A stretch of 64,000 nt of DNA from Nitrospirales bacterium (GTDB lineage Bacteria; Nitrospirota; Nitrospiria; Nitrospirales; UBA8639): the NCBI GenBank assembly GCA_965203295.1, contig CBDBCZ010000018.1:1536001-1600000 (forward strand), given 5' to 3'. The position numbers were made by a program, and so were the translations under genes. Below, one piece after another: positions 49,501 through 61,510 of this stretch (position 1 is the first letter of the stretch; every line of letters begins with the position of its first letter). Below the pieces are notes generated by a model. It had not been told where the DNA came from. It did not search any database and saw nothing but the letters and a program-made list of their open reading frames with translations.

Positions 49501-51920
49501 GCGCAACAGCCGCATGTTAGCGTGGGATAATTACCACATGTGAATTTATGAGTGGCTATCGTCTATTGCTCTACTACCCTATAGCTCTGTTACGGAGCTA
49601 TATTATCTGTGGTACTACATTGTACTTAGTACGGCAGCGCAAGCGGTGCGACGACACGATGGAATCAGATGTTTTCTGCCTTGACTGTGGCTGCAAGATT
49701 TGCAGGGAGACGGAAAGCGCTGTGCGGTGCCGCTTCTTTACTAATGTGGGGGGAGATCTTCGACACAAAGCTGCAAGAACTAGGAAAGGAGGCTGATAAA
49801 CAAGCTTTGACTCTTAGCAGCCGCTCTCTCGATCTCTGCTACACTCCAACTTATGACGCTTCACTTGGTAAGTCTGTTTGCTCTGCTCTTGCTCAATAGA
49901 ACTAGATGGTTTTGTCAATAGATCTCTTCGTCGCTGAATATTGCTATCAAAAAAAGTGACTCTACATGTACTACTGCCAACATAGCACTGTACGGCTAAC
50001 GCGTAATCTTCCCGTTAATTGCATACTTCATATATCATGTGACTGAATACTGCACTGTGATTGGATCGCACTCCAGAGAGCGGCAGGACGTTTGCCTGTA
50101 TGGCAATTCCCCAGACCACCTTCCCTCTAAGCGGAAGTGGGCTGGCCCGCGAGACTAAGTTTTTCCATGCAGGTGCTGAATTCGAACTGCTGGTTCAGGG
50201 AAACTCCCCAAATAGCTCCGTGGCTGTTCTGATTTGTGTGGCCCTGAATGGATTTCATGCCCTGGTGAAGTATCATTGGCACAGAGACAACCTAGCTAGA
50301 CGTTTACCCAGTCGTATACACAGAAGCCAGTGGGTGTTACAAATGCACTGTTACGGGAGAGGATGGCAGTATTCTTGCAACGAAAGAGTTTGAAGTGAAA
50401 CGTAAGCATACAAATGCACTTTTACAAGTACTCATACTGTTTCCTATACTTTCACTAATTCTCTAACAGGACAAGATGATAAGCTAGCAGTATCACTGGT
50501 ACAGCCACAGATTGTACAATTGTCCAGAGGTAGGATACCCGGTATGACTGTGTGGTACATGCACACGTGCAAACCTACCTACCTTTGTCATATAGCCTGC
50601 AGTGAAGTCCGAGACGATGATTTGCTATTCACAGCTGAAGATTTCCAAGGTAGAGGATTAGCAGTCCTGTACTTGCAAACAATGTTATCCTACTAGTTCT
50701 AGTATGTTCTCTATAATTACATGTAATGTATTGTGCTTGTACAGACCCAACAACTGTACGACTTCTAGAAGTCATTGGAAGTGGAAGCTATGGAGTGGTA
50801 CACAAAGCTGTTTGGAGGGGATCGATTGTGGCTGCGAAAGTGATCAATGCACCCGAGCCAGCAAAAGCTGTAGCTCTGAGAGAAATTGACGCCTTCAAGT
50901 GAGTCTAACTCTCTTAATTTTTTTCAGAATGTCGACATTTCATACTTACATGTAGCACATGTATTATAGCCGCTTCACTCCCCATGCAGCTTTGTAGTAC
51001 CTCTCTGCATGAGGGGGTATGGGATAGTATATGACATTCAATTTTGAATTGTTAATTCCCAAAACAATAAACATGTATACAACATTTCTATGATGCTTAT
51101 CAGTATATTTAATGGTTTGTGCAGGCGAGTGCAACATCCAAACATTCTGTGCTTAATGGGGACCATTGTACAAGGTGGAAGTCTCATGGTCATAACTAAC
51201 CTTGTGCGAGGAAAACATCTCCATGCCCTTCTATTCAGCTCGGATGCAAAGCAGGTAATTATGTGATCCCCAGCAATCTACTAGTGGCACAGCATTTCAC
51301 TACCTTTTTTTTGAACAGATGGTCCGTGGCACAAAATTGAGCATTGCCATCCAAGTAGCACAAGCGATACTGTTTCTACATACAGCTACCCCACCAACTA
51401 TCCATTTGGATATAAAGCCAGCAAACATCCTAGTGAGTCATAACATAAGTACGTAGTATATAGTACGTACAGCTAGGTATCCTACTGTATGAAAGTATAT
51501 ATAGTGACATCGATGCCACTATGCGTATTTCTTCCTCAGGTACAGACAGTAGATCAACATGTGTACTTAGCTGATTTTGGTTTGGCCCGGGTGCTCTCGA
51601 CGACAGAGATGCTGGGGACTCAAACGCTACAGGCAGGGACACCAGGGTTTCAGGCTCCAGAACAGCTGAAAGCCGAAACTGTTGACCAGTTATGTGATGT
51701 GTATGCTTTTGGTGTGGTTTTGATAGAGCTGTTTGAAGGAAAGCCAGTATGGGAAGGATTGAACCACTTTCAGATTATGTGTAAGGTGGCGGTGGAGGGA
51801 GTGTCGCTGGATTGTAGCCACCTTCCTAGTGACATTCAGAGGGTATGCAAAATGTGTGTTGTGGAAAGGCCTTCCCGGAGGCCCATTGCTGTCATCTTTG
51901 AAGCCATTCTAAAACTGTAA
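46575..51920 (+). CDS. Multi-exon gene: unknown N-terminal domain, Pro/Thr-rich linker, Ig-like domain, TKL-type Ser/Thr kinase. Kinase exons intact; at least one upstream frameshift; 5' end uncertain
   Basis: In-phase kinase exons 50745-50898 (IGSGSYGVVHKAVWRGSIVAAK..REI), 51125-51254 (HPNILCLMG), 51319-51432 (HLDIKPANIL) and 51540-51920 (DFGLAR..GTPGFQAPE..DVYAFG..RPSRRP). Upstream exons at 47929-48265, 48331-48561, 48619-48857, 49005-49164, 50173-50401, 50470-50529 and 50595-50649. The 50173 exon gives LICVA..YHWHRD..ASGCYKCTV once a 4-bp ctag duplication is removed. Confidence 0.78.
47605..47812. repeat. Intronic pyrimidine-rich tandem repeat, ~42-bp unit
   Basis: catctacttccttccaacttcatccttcc.acttctaccttc repeated about 4 times. 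Confidence 0.8.
49410..50157. mobile_element. Non-autonomous Academ-type element in a kinase-gene intron
   Basis: TAGTCTCGCGGGCCAGCCCACTTCCGCTTAGAGGGAAGG...CGCGAGACTA with perfect 9-bp TSD agtttttcc (49401-09 and 50158-66). Confidence 0.9.
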
Positions 51921-52204
51921 GAACTCTTACAGAACTGTTGGGTCTCAGTATTATGTGAGCAAACTCTTATGTTATATCATTTACCTTTCAGTAAACATGA
52001 TTGCCTATCCAATTGAGTCGGGATGAGTCCACCATTGCTTCCTGTCATTGACTGTCTGCATATTGTCATTCATACTTTGTCAGCTCCTTTATTGTCTTTA
52101 CAGCTTCTTTACAATGAATATTGTCAAATCTTTTTGGTGAAATCCGAAATCAACTATACTGTCGTGCGCACAATACAAACTAAGTGAGAGAGTTAAATAA
52201 AACT

Positions 52205-54136
52205 TTACCACCCAATGGCATCTTCTACCAATACCGTCAGTTCAGTGTAGAAATTCAAAGCATCTCCAATATTTTCTGGAAAGCAAAGTTCATTTTCACT
52301 CATCAGTAGGTCCGCAAGAACAAGAAATTCATAAGATCCTGGAGGGTCTGGAGCACTGGCATGCATATGTGCATACCTAAGGTCTGCCTGATCAACAGAG
52401 CATAGACCATCTTCTGCTCCTGTATAGTGATAGGAGTGAGTATTCACCGCATCTAATACTGTTCTAAAATTGATATTTACCTGAAACAGAAGGCATAAAA
52501 AACAGTTCCTCTAGGACACCCGGAGGTGATCCTCCCGATCGGTATGGACGTATAGGGTGAGTATTCCATTCATAGGCAACTTGTGTCAGTTCTTTCTTGA
52601 GGATATCCATAAACGATAAACGTAAACAGTCACTACATGGCCAGGGTGAAATTTTTTTCATATAAATATAAAAAATTAGTCCATGTATATGTATTACATA
52701 CATATGAACAGGGTTTAATTCATCAAAAAGCCCTTGTGTCTTCAGGCTCTGTTAAATATGAAGCACAAATTAGTACACTGCACATCCTAATCACTATACC
52801 AAGCAATCACATACCCGAAAGAACTCCATCCACCAATCTGCATTCCATCTTCTCAAAATTCCCCACCATGCTTCAATTCTCTGTATAATGTTAGCAAATT
52901 AGTTATTACTCGCACTGTCATATGTATCTAATTTTGCCTTACCTGGTTTGAAACAGACCGGCCATATCTGAAACTGTGCTCTCCAGCCAGAGGGTCTGTT
53001 CCATTTCTTCGCAAAAATGGCTGTAGATATGCTAGCTTAGAATTCTCAGTTCCCAAATCACACCTAAGCAACCGTGGATAACCTATATAACGTGGAAGTA
53101 AAACAAAGTTGCATTGGACAGTCAATTTATACTGATTAACAAGCATACGTACATAATGTCTTGTATATGTGTATATACCTCCAAGTTGCTTAACAGCCTC
53201 AAGGTAGTGATAAGCAATGACACTAGGGTCACTGTTGGAGGTTCCCACTTCCAGCCATATAACTCTTCTGGAGTATCTGCATACAGAGCATAACTTCTTC
53301 ATCATAAAAATTTAATTCCTCTTTGGAATATTTTCACTTTTGATACTTACCCATCTATACAGCCATGAATGGGAAAGCCATAAGGCTTTAATTTGTCATA
53401 ATTGTCGCAGTGCCATACATAGTTGGGACCCTATAATCACAATGTGCAAAAGCATTAAATAGGACACCAAAACCTTTGGGTACATCAATTATCACTCTAG
53501 TACATGTACCATATGATAATTAACCAAGGAATTGACCTTTGAATAGTAAGTACGTCTCTGAAGTCTGTGCTGCCTTCTCATGAGACTGTCATTGGGACTT
53601 AACTGCCTCAAAACTCTCATCACCGTGTCCCTGTTATGGAGAGTTTAATTTTATCTCATCTTAATTTATCTTAAGCTGCATACCGTACCGTGATACAGGC
53701 ATCATATATTTCTGCCTAACCCTTCTCCACAACGCCCTGTAACCCAGCTGACTTCCAGATGTCTTCAATTCGTCCTATATATATACACAATGCATATTAT
53801 AACTGCATAAAATCTAATTTGCTCATTTGTAACTATATACTCACTCGAATAAGGTGGGAAACGAGCTGTAGTTGAGATGCTGACGGAGGTAATCTCCTGA
53901 AGAGACCGAGATCTTTCAGCACTCGCCTGAGCTGTTTAACAGACAACAAGATTCTGTGTAGCTACAGTATACAGAAACATGACTATTAGCTTGTAACTGT
54001 AGCCTGCATGGAAATACACTGCTACAAGCTGTTCTTGAGTAAGCCCACTGGACAAAGCTGGAGATGGCACTACAGCAACACCTAAGCCACTGCAGCCCAG
54101 GATCAGCAAACACACAGTAATGACTGTAGCTAGCAT
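52205..54136 (-). pseudogene. IS3EU DDE transposase (about 10 exons; one 4-bp frameshift in exon 1)
   Basis: Spliced reading: YFHAGYSYKLIVMFL(fs)HRILLSVKQLRRVL..LGYRALW..RLQRRTYYSK/GPNYVWHCDNYDKLKPYGFPIHGCIDG/YSRRVIWL../YPRLLRCDLGTEN..YGRSVSNQ/RIEAWW..WNTHPIR. Likely catalytic D-D-E all present. Confidence 0.85.
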
Positions 54137-54210
54137 TGTCGTTGACCAAGTACTGCTTTATTGCATAGTGCGCATGCGCACATGGATGAACGCGTGGCGG
54201 TATTATTAAG

Positions 54211-55415
54211 TACGGTGGCCGAGAGGGACACTTCCAAAATCGACTTTTACATATTTGACTTTCGACTTTAAAAAATGCGACTTTCGACTTTCCACTTCTC
54301 GAATCTTGACTTTTGACTTTCACAAATCCGACTTTCGACTCTCACAAATCCGACTTTCGACTTTCGGCTTTTACAAATCCGACTTTTGACTTTCGACTTT
54401 TACAAATCCGACTTTCGACTTTCACAATAGCGACTTCGGAATTTCAACTTTCGACTTTCACAAATCTGACTTTCGACTTTTGACTTTCACAAATCCGACT
54501 TTTACAAATGCGACTTCGGAATTTCAGCTTTGGACTTTCACAAATTTGACTTAGAAATTTTCATTTCTCGAAACTTGACTTTCGACTTTAACATGGAGAT
54601 ATAGATAGTCTCGCAAGTCAAACCAGACTATGCAATTTGGTTCTCGACGGGTAAGGGGGCGGTGGCCCATCCTTGCAGGGCTAGTCACGTGTCGGAGATG
54701 TGACCTCGTGGAATTGACCAGTACTCGTTGCATCCCAGATATTAGCCTTTTGGTGTATAGGACGACCTTTTCCTTTGGTAAAGTCAACGATCTGGGATGC
54801 AACGGTATAGTCAACGATCTGGGATGCAACGAGTACTGGTCAATTCCACGTGGTCACATCTCCGACACGTGACTAGCCCTGCAAGGATGAGCCACCGCCC
54901 CCTTCCCCGTCGAGAACCAAATTGCATAGTCTGGTTTGACTTGCGAGACTATCTATACCATGTTAAAGTCGAAAGTCAAGTTTCGAGAAATGAAAATTTC
55001 TAAGTTGAAAGTCCAAAGCTGAAATTCCGAAGTTGCTATTGTGAAAGTCGAAAGTCGCATTTGTAAAGGTCGAAAGTCAAAAGTCGGATTTGTAAAAGTC
55101 GAAAGTCGAAAGTCGGATTTGTAAAAGTCGAAAGTCGAAAGTCGAAAGTCGGATTTGTAAAAGTCGAAAGTCGAAAGTCGGATTTGTAAAAGTCGAAAGT
55201 CGAAAGTCGAAAGTCGGATTTGTAAAAGTCGAAAGTCAAAAGTCGGATTTGTGAAAGTCGAAAGCCGAAATTCATGCAAAGTGGAAGTCCGAAGTCGCAT
55301 TTGTGAAAGTCGAAAGTCAAGATTCGACAAATGGAAAGTCGAAAGTCGCATTTTTGAAAGTCAAAAGTCAAATATGTAAAAGTCGAGTTTGGAAGTGTCC
55401 CTCTCGGCCACCGTA
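54211..55415. mobile_element. 1.2-kb fold-back non-autonomous IS3EU-type element
   Basis: TACGGTGGCCGAGAGGGACACTTCCAAA...TTTGGAAGTGTCCCTCTCGGCCACCGTA with (gactttc)n arms; 6-bp TSD attaag (54205-10 and 55416-21). Confidence 0.88.
54606..54951. mobile_element. Academ-type TAG..CTA MITE at the centre of the fold-back element
   Basis: TAGTCTCGCAAGTCAAACCAGACTATG...CATAGTCTGGTTTGACTTGCGAGACTA with ~135-bp IRs. Flanks are inverted rather than direct. Confidence 0.65.
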
Positions 55416-56189
55416 ATTAAGCGCTCAGGAGTAGGAAGTTGGAAGTTGGAAGTTAGAAGCTGGAAGTTGGAAGTTGGAAGTTGGAAGTTGGAAGTTGGAA
55501 GTTGGAAGTTGAAAATCGGCAGCTGGCAGGGCTCTATCGGCCACCGTAGATAACCTTTGTAGATCCTGGGATAACCTTTGTAGATCCTGGGATATTGTTC
55601 AACCTACGCGCGCTGGGGGGGGGGGGGGGGGGGGGCATTCTCACAATGGGGGCCTCAGGATTTTAGCGAGTATGGGGCCCCTCGGCCCTAAAATTATAGG
55701 GCCGGGGGGCCTATGATTTTAATATTTTGGGGCCGGGGGCCCCGATTTATGGGGGGGCCCATTTTCACATGACACCGGAAGACGGCGTCAGACGCAGGAG
55801 AGTGCCCGTGCTCCAGAGAGGCATAACGCCGAGCCAGCCGGGAGAGCACAGAGACTGGAGACTACTGGAGTCCAGAGAAGCTCTCCGCCTCTCATCAAAT
55901 GCCCTGAGGCTGTGTCTCGAGGTGAGCAATTAAGTATACAGTCATCTCTGCAATTTGCGCATACTTTGAATAGTATTTACCCAATGGCATCTGCCACTAG
56001 TCTCGTACCCAGAGCCCTCCCCCCCGCGGTAAAGTAGGGAAAAGTAAAACGAAGGGAGGGTCTGGGAGATTGCGTTACCGCTACGCGTATCTCCGCCGGA
56101 ATGCTGGCGGAGCCAATTAAATGCTAATTATCAATAATAATTTAATTGTGGTGATGGCACTGTCAACATTGAATCAGCGAATCAGCGAA

Positions 56190-57633
56190 ATGGCCGAAGT
56201 TAACGATAGTGGGAGCGTGAAAGATGCGTTCGACTTTGCGCTAGACAAGCTGGGGTACGAAAAACTCAGACCGGAGCAGGACAAGGTATTGCGAGCCTTT
56301 GTCAGCGGGAGAGACGTCTTTGCTGCCTTGCCCACTGGTTACGGGAAGTCATTGTGCTTTGCCCTTTTGCCTGTTGTGTTCAACCGCTTGAGGGGAAAGA
56401 GCAGCTCCATTGTTATCTGCGTTTCCCCGCTTACATCGTTGATGCTGGACCAGAGAGAGAAATTCTCTCAAGTTAGTCTAGTGACAGAGTTTGTGGGCGA
56501 GGCACAGCAGGATCCAAACGTCATTGCTAGGGTGAAGGATGGAAAAGTCCAGCTACTGTACATCAGCCCAGAGTCTTTGCTGAGAAACTATCAGTGGAGG
56601 GAAATGCTTCGATCTGAGGTGTACAGAGAGAACCTGGTGGCGTTTGTGGTTGATGAGGCCCACTGTGTCAAACAATGGTAAGTTATACATGTACATGGTA
56701 AATATATCGGTCGTAGTGAAACTACTGTCTGTGTGAAAAGCATGTTCAGACTCAATTCAGCTACTTCTGTTGTTTTCTCGTGGCAGGGGAGACGCTTTCA
56801 GGGTTGAATTTGCAAGACTTGGTGAGGTACGCAGTCTTATTCCTCCCCATGTAAATGTTCTGGCACTGACTGCAACAGCAACCAAGGCAACCAGGAAGGC
56901 TGTAATAAAGAGACTAAGCATGAAAAGTCCAGAAATTATTTCAATCACTCCAGACAAGCCAAACTTGTTGTACCTTGTTCGAGAGAAGCCAGAAGAGTTA
57001 GAAAATGCCATGACATCTCTCATAGAGAAGTTACGAAAACATGAATTACCTGCCGACCATAAAATCATCATTTTCTGCCGTAAATACAATGAGTGTAGCC
57101 AACTTTACAGGCTGTTTAAGTCACAATTAGGTAGTCACTTCACTGAACCTATAGGTGCTCCTGATCAGCTTGCCAGATTTCGGACAGTCGACATGTTTTG
57201 TAAATGCACAGAAGTGGGTGTAAAAGAGAGCATCGTTTCTTCATTTTGTAACTCTGCCAGCCCATTGAGAATAGTGATCGCAACAATTGCCTTCGGAATG
57301 GGCCTCGATTCTCCTTGCATACGGCAGGTAATACACTGGGGGCCTTCAAGCCAGATAGAGGATTATGTTCAAGAAGTTGGCCGGGGTGGCCGCAGTGGGA
57401 AGGTGTCACTTGCTGTACTGTACTTTAAGAAAGCAGACCAGCAGAATACAAGCAAGTGTATGATGGACTATTGTCGAAATACGTCAGACTGTCGTCGCAA
57501 GATATTGTTTGAGGGGTTTGATGGTAGTAACCAGCTAACTCCTCCTTCCAGTAAATGTGCCTGTTGTGATGTTTGTTCTAAGAGCTGTGGGTGTGGAAAG
57601 TGCCAGGACATTTTATCACAATTTGTGTTGTAA
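56190..57633 (+). CDS. RecQ-family SF2 helicase of AcademH (exons 56190-56677 and 56787-57633)
   Basis: LPTGYGKS, SPL, YISPE, VDEAHCVKQW/GDAFR, ALTATAT, ATIAFGMGLD, QEVGRGGR and a C-terminal CRR..CCDVC zinc module. The start could also be 56121 or 56154. Confidence 0.92.
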
Positions 57634-57785
57634 TTATCACCCTAGTAAGTCACAATCATACCGCTTCTGTATCTGCATGCATGCAGGTCCTGACCTATCT
57701 ATATACATGTACACTATTCATAATACAGTATCCCTTACAATGAATCTCACCCTTTGGAAACACAGTTAATACAATATGACATAAG

Positions 57786-60700
57786 CTATAAAGTTAGCTT
57801 CTCAAAGTGCTGTTGCATCCACTGTACAATGTCCTCTTTGTTCACTTTGCTGAGAATACTTCCTCGCATGTTTTTAAATGTGGAGTGCTTGCGATCACTT
57901 TTGTACTGGAACACCTTTGAGTGCGTTACAAGCTCGCGGAGAACTTTCTCCAAGTCCAACTTGAAGGATGCAACAGTATGACCAGATAAAGTAGGCGCAA
58001 CAAATGTATTCCGATCGTACTGTTGACAAACTTTCATTAGAGGTCCAGCACACTTGCCTATTCTAGTTATTGCTCTTGGTGTGACATTAGCTCCAAGATT
58101 ACTAACAGCTGTTTTTACAAAGCGGTTACAGTGCTCCAGATGTAAATCACAGGATATATTGTGCCCTGGTTTTCCTACAGTATTAACAAATCTAGACCAC
58201 AGTAGTTGCTGTTTGAGCCTTTCAGGAAACAAAACTCCATGTTGGGCTAATAATGTGAGAGCCTCAATAGCATAATTTTTTCTACGTGATGCTTTGAATG
58301 CTAAAAGTAAAAATTTCCAGCAACGAATGTCCCGAGGGCCATCCCCTTCCCGAATGGAATCATGAAATTCTTCATAAAGGAGGGAGAGCGTCAGTGTCTC
58401 CTTGGCATACTCGTAAACACCATCAACTGACTCTTTTTTCTTCTTGCCTTGATCTGAAGAGCCGGGTTCCTTTGATTGAAGTTCCGAAGAGCGTGATTTC
58501 TTGGTTGGAGGTTTATCATGAAGAATGTCAAGATTGGTGAACTGATTCACTATAGCTTTGGAGATATTAGTCAGGATTTCTCTTTTCTTGGACACCCTTT
58601 GCGATGCAAAATTACTTGGGAGCAATGGACTATGAACATCATCTTCCAATGAAGTCATGTCAAGGAGCTCCATACCTGCTGCCAGGATGTGACCGACCAT
58701 AATCAATTCCAGGAAGTCTTCACAGGCGTTCATGTCTGACTTGGGTTTGAAAGGGACATTTGTCCTGTTGATTAAGTTCTTGAGTTGCATGAGCGTACCT
58801 CCATCCTGGTTTGAATCCTTTCGCAACAAAGCCTTCCATATCACCTGTGACAATATTATGAGTAAATAGCAATACATATCCCGTTGAATTGTCACTATAA
58901 ATGTACACAATGTACATACGTACTCACCCCCATAAAACACTGCTTTGCATGCCAGTCTTCGACAACTGGCACGAACCCTTGTAGCCCTGCAGAAGCTGAT
59001 TCTGAATTCTCACGAATCCTCTGGGCTCCTCCAACTCGAGCTACAGTTAATTGATCTCCTCCCAGAAGGATGTGATGAAACTCATCAACCTGGAGTGTTA
59101 CCTGTTGCTCTGACGATATGTCAACCTTCTTTTCTTGGTGATGTGTAGGGACATACTGGTGAAGGCTTTCCAGGATGCTCACCATGTCATCAAGCTTATT
59201 CTCATCTTTGAGAATAATGCCAAGGGGTGTCTAATTTAAAGACAAAAATTATTGGGTATGTGTAAGACCAGTACAGAAGTATTGTGCAGATTCTATGTAC
59301 TTACCACTTCAGAGTATCGTGACATTTCTTCGTAGTACTGGTGCTTGATGTGCTTCTGTACTGCTGGCTCTAGATGCTTCAAGGCTGGTATGTATTGAAC
59401 TAGAACTCGGGAGACTAGGACTGAGAAGTTGCCTCTGATGGCTCTAAGATCATCTTCATTAGGAAGTAGTGCTTCCACATTAAAAGCAGGTGAGCGTAGA
59501 GCTTCGGGGTTTACATCTGAAAACTTGGAAAAATCAACACGATCCTGGACAGCCATGATGTTAAAATAGTGAAGGGACTTCGTCTGGTTGTCAAACCGCT
59601 GTCGTCGAGGACGGATGGTCTTATCGATATTGTCCCCGACGATCTTGAATCCACTCCAAGTTTGTGAAGGGGAATCAGCTTTTTCTGGTGGAGTCAGCAC
59701 TGCAACGGGGGATTGAGGTAGAACTTTTTCTGTCCGAGATTCCGGCTGTTGATCTTCATCAGATAATCCAGAGAACGAAGACATTTCATCTGTAGAAACT
59801 CGCCATGGGGAGAAGGCAGGATGTGTAGGTGACCGTAGAAATGAAAATGAATCAAAGCCGAAGCTGACATCAGTAAGATCTTGTGTGGTTTTCCGTGGCG
59901 TGGAAGCTAAGAGTGGTACATCAAAGCTGTCTTCAGGCAGGTCACCATAATCATCTGCTCCTGAACTTTCCAGGTCACTGAGACTGATATTTGCAAAGGC
60001 ACTTAGCACCTGGTTTGCCAGTGCAGCACTCTCCTATATGCATGGGGTATTATGTATAAGTTAAAGGTCAGTTTGGGTGAGGAGAGTTTAAAGTCCGAGG
60101 CGAAGCCGAGGATTTTAACCCCTCACCCAAACTGACCTTTAACTGATTTAATGTACATTGGTATAGCACTGATCCCTATATGTGGCCTCGTTTGAGTGCT
60201 ATAAGCGTGGAAAAAATTGGTTGCCATGGTAATGTACATTAAATTCAATAAATACCTTGTAGTGTGTATTAAATAGTATTATGTACCTTGAGCTGTACTA
60301 TCTGTTCTACCCTGGGAAGTAGTGCATCCTTCCATTCCATCACAGGTTCATCATGATCCGCCCCAAGTGAATCTAGCAGCCTAATGGTAGCACTTGGACT
60401 GAGGCATATCATAGATTTCTGAAGTCTGCAGAAGACCTATATATTTTAGTAAACACATTTTTCAAAAAATATGAGCTATAAAGTTAATATACAGCTAGCT
60501 ACACTTACCTGTTTGCTGGCATGTCCTGCTTGCAGAATCATCGAAATAACAGACTGCACTAGGCATGCTTTGGGGTTGCGGAACTTTGCCAGAATGGCTG
60601 CGCACATGCACACCACAGGTTTTACACGCTCCGGATACACTCGTCGCTTTACTGTGCAGGCTTGAAGAACAGACAAGAGAACAGGGGTGGCTTTAATCAT

Positions 60701-61510
60701 CTCCAGCCATAGTGACTCCCAGCTGAAGTACTCAAGAGCTATTTGGGATGTTTCCAGCAGAACGGAATTAAATTTGTTGGAGCAAAGGAGCTTTAGTTCC
60801 TTGCTCACAATTTTCCCAACCTCTGCAATCACTTGGCCTTTCATGCTGGGATCTTTTAGAGCAAATTTCACCACTGATTTAACTTTGCCTACACTAGCCA
60901 ATCGGGCTAGCTGCTTCAGTGAACCTTTTGGGTAACGGTATGCAGGTTTCTTATACCCAATCACAACCTATAGTTAATAAGAAGCATTGGATATTTATAA
61001 ACCCAAACAGTGCACAGACATAGATCGTGCCGTTACAGTCGGTGACTTTCCCGTTTCAGGAGGCGCCACAGCAAACTGTAGTTGTCTACGTGAGACAGGA
61101 GATTGGAGAAATGCCCGTTTAGCAGGAGGTGGCAGACTATCGTGACTGGATGTCCGTTTTCCGAGCTGCACGCAGCTAGCGCTTCTGGCAGGCTGAGCAT
61201 GCGCAGCTTTCTGTGAAGGGTACAGTGTCTCCAAACTACCTAAAATGTCAGTGCGAAGCACCAGCACGTCCTTCTCCAGTTTCTGCAGCTTTTGAAGCCT
61301 CCGCAAACATGGTCTGCAGATGTAGCCCTCACTGCTGGCAGGAACAAGTAGTCGCTCAGTTTCTTCTTTGCTCTTCTGTCCATCAGTGCGCTCTTGCAGT
61401 AGTCCTACCAACGTTGGAACGACTGCTGCCCCCTCTTGGCTCGATAGCTTTCTTCGCTCCCTAGAATCTACAATGTACTTGCCACAACAGCAACACGAAC
61501 CAGCGGCCAT
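57786..61510 (-). CDS. Academ transposase (DUF6589-like), 6 predicted exons: about 61510-61037, 60967-60509, 60436-60288, 60033-59304, 59231-58928, 58845-57786
   Basis: N-terminal Cys motif (CCCCG..CRPC), FKIVGDNIDK, SLHYFN, GGDQLT, EDWH, IREGDG, NYAIEA, HNISCDLHLEHCN. Exon ORFs are open and bounded by GT/AG. Confidence 0.85.
60059..60144. repeat. Intronic hairpin (small non-autonomous element?)
   Basis: agttaaaggtcagtttgggtgagg...cctcacccaaactgacctttaact around ccgaggcgaagccgagg. Confidence 0.6.

Larger units (their letters stand above)
46218..55548. mobile_element. IS3EU-type DNA transposon carrying a transposase and a protein-kinase cargo gene
   Basis: TIRs TACGGTGGCCGATAGAGCCCTGCCAGCTGCCGATTTTC plus (aacttcc)n at both ends. 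6-bp TSD gataac (46212-17 and 55549-54); removing the element restores a 21-bp tandem repeat. Confidence 0.9.
45635..55774 (-). mobile_element. Ginger1-like non-autonomous element, interrupted by the IS3EU element
   Basis: Right end ..catTGACA-type terminus followed by ccgg (55775-78). GC-rich imperfect TIRs at about 45635-45730 and 55650-55774; the left terminus is degenerate and approximate. Contains a Ginger1-like integrase N-terminal exon. Confidence 0.5.

Noticed and set aside
52205..54136. LTR retrotransposon integrase or bacterial IS3
   Set aside because: The gene has many introns, there is no RT, RNase H or LTR, and it is bounded by TIRs with a 6-bp TSD.
54953..55371. ORFs with RLSTFDFY repeats
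   Set aside because: Translations of the (gactttc)n arms of the fold-back element.
56121..57633. Host RECQL/WRN/BLM ortholog or bacterial recQ contamination
   Set aside because: It has a spliceosomal intron, lacks HRDC or exonuclease extensions, and lies within AcademH TIRs opposite the transposase.
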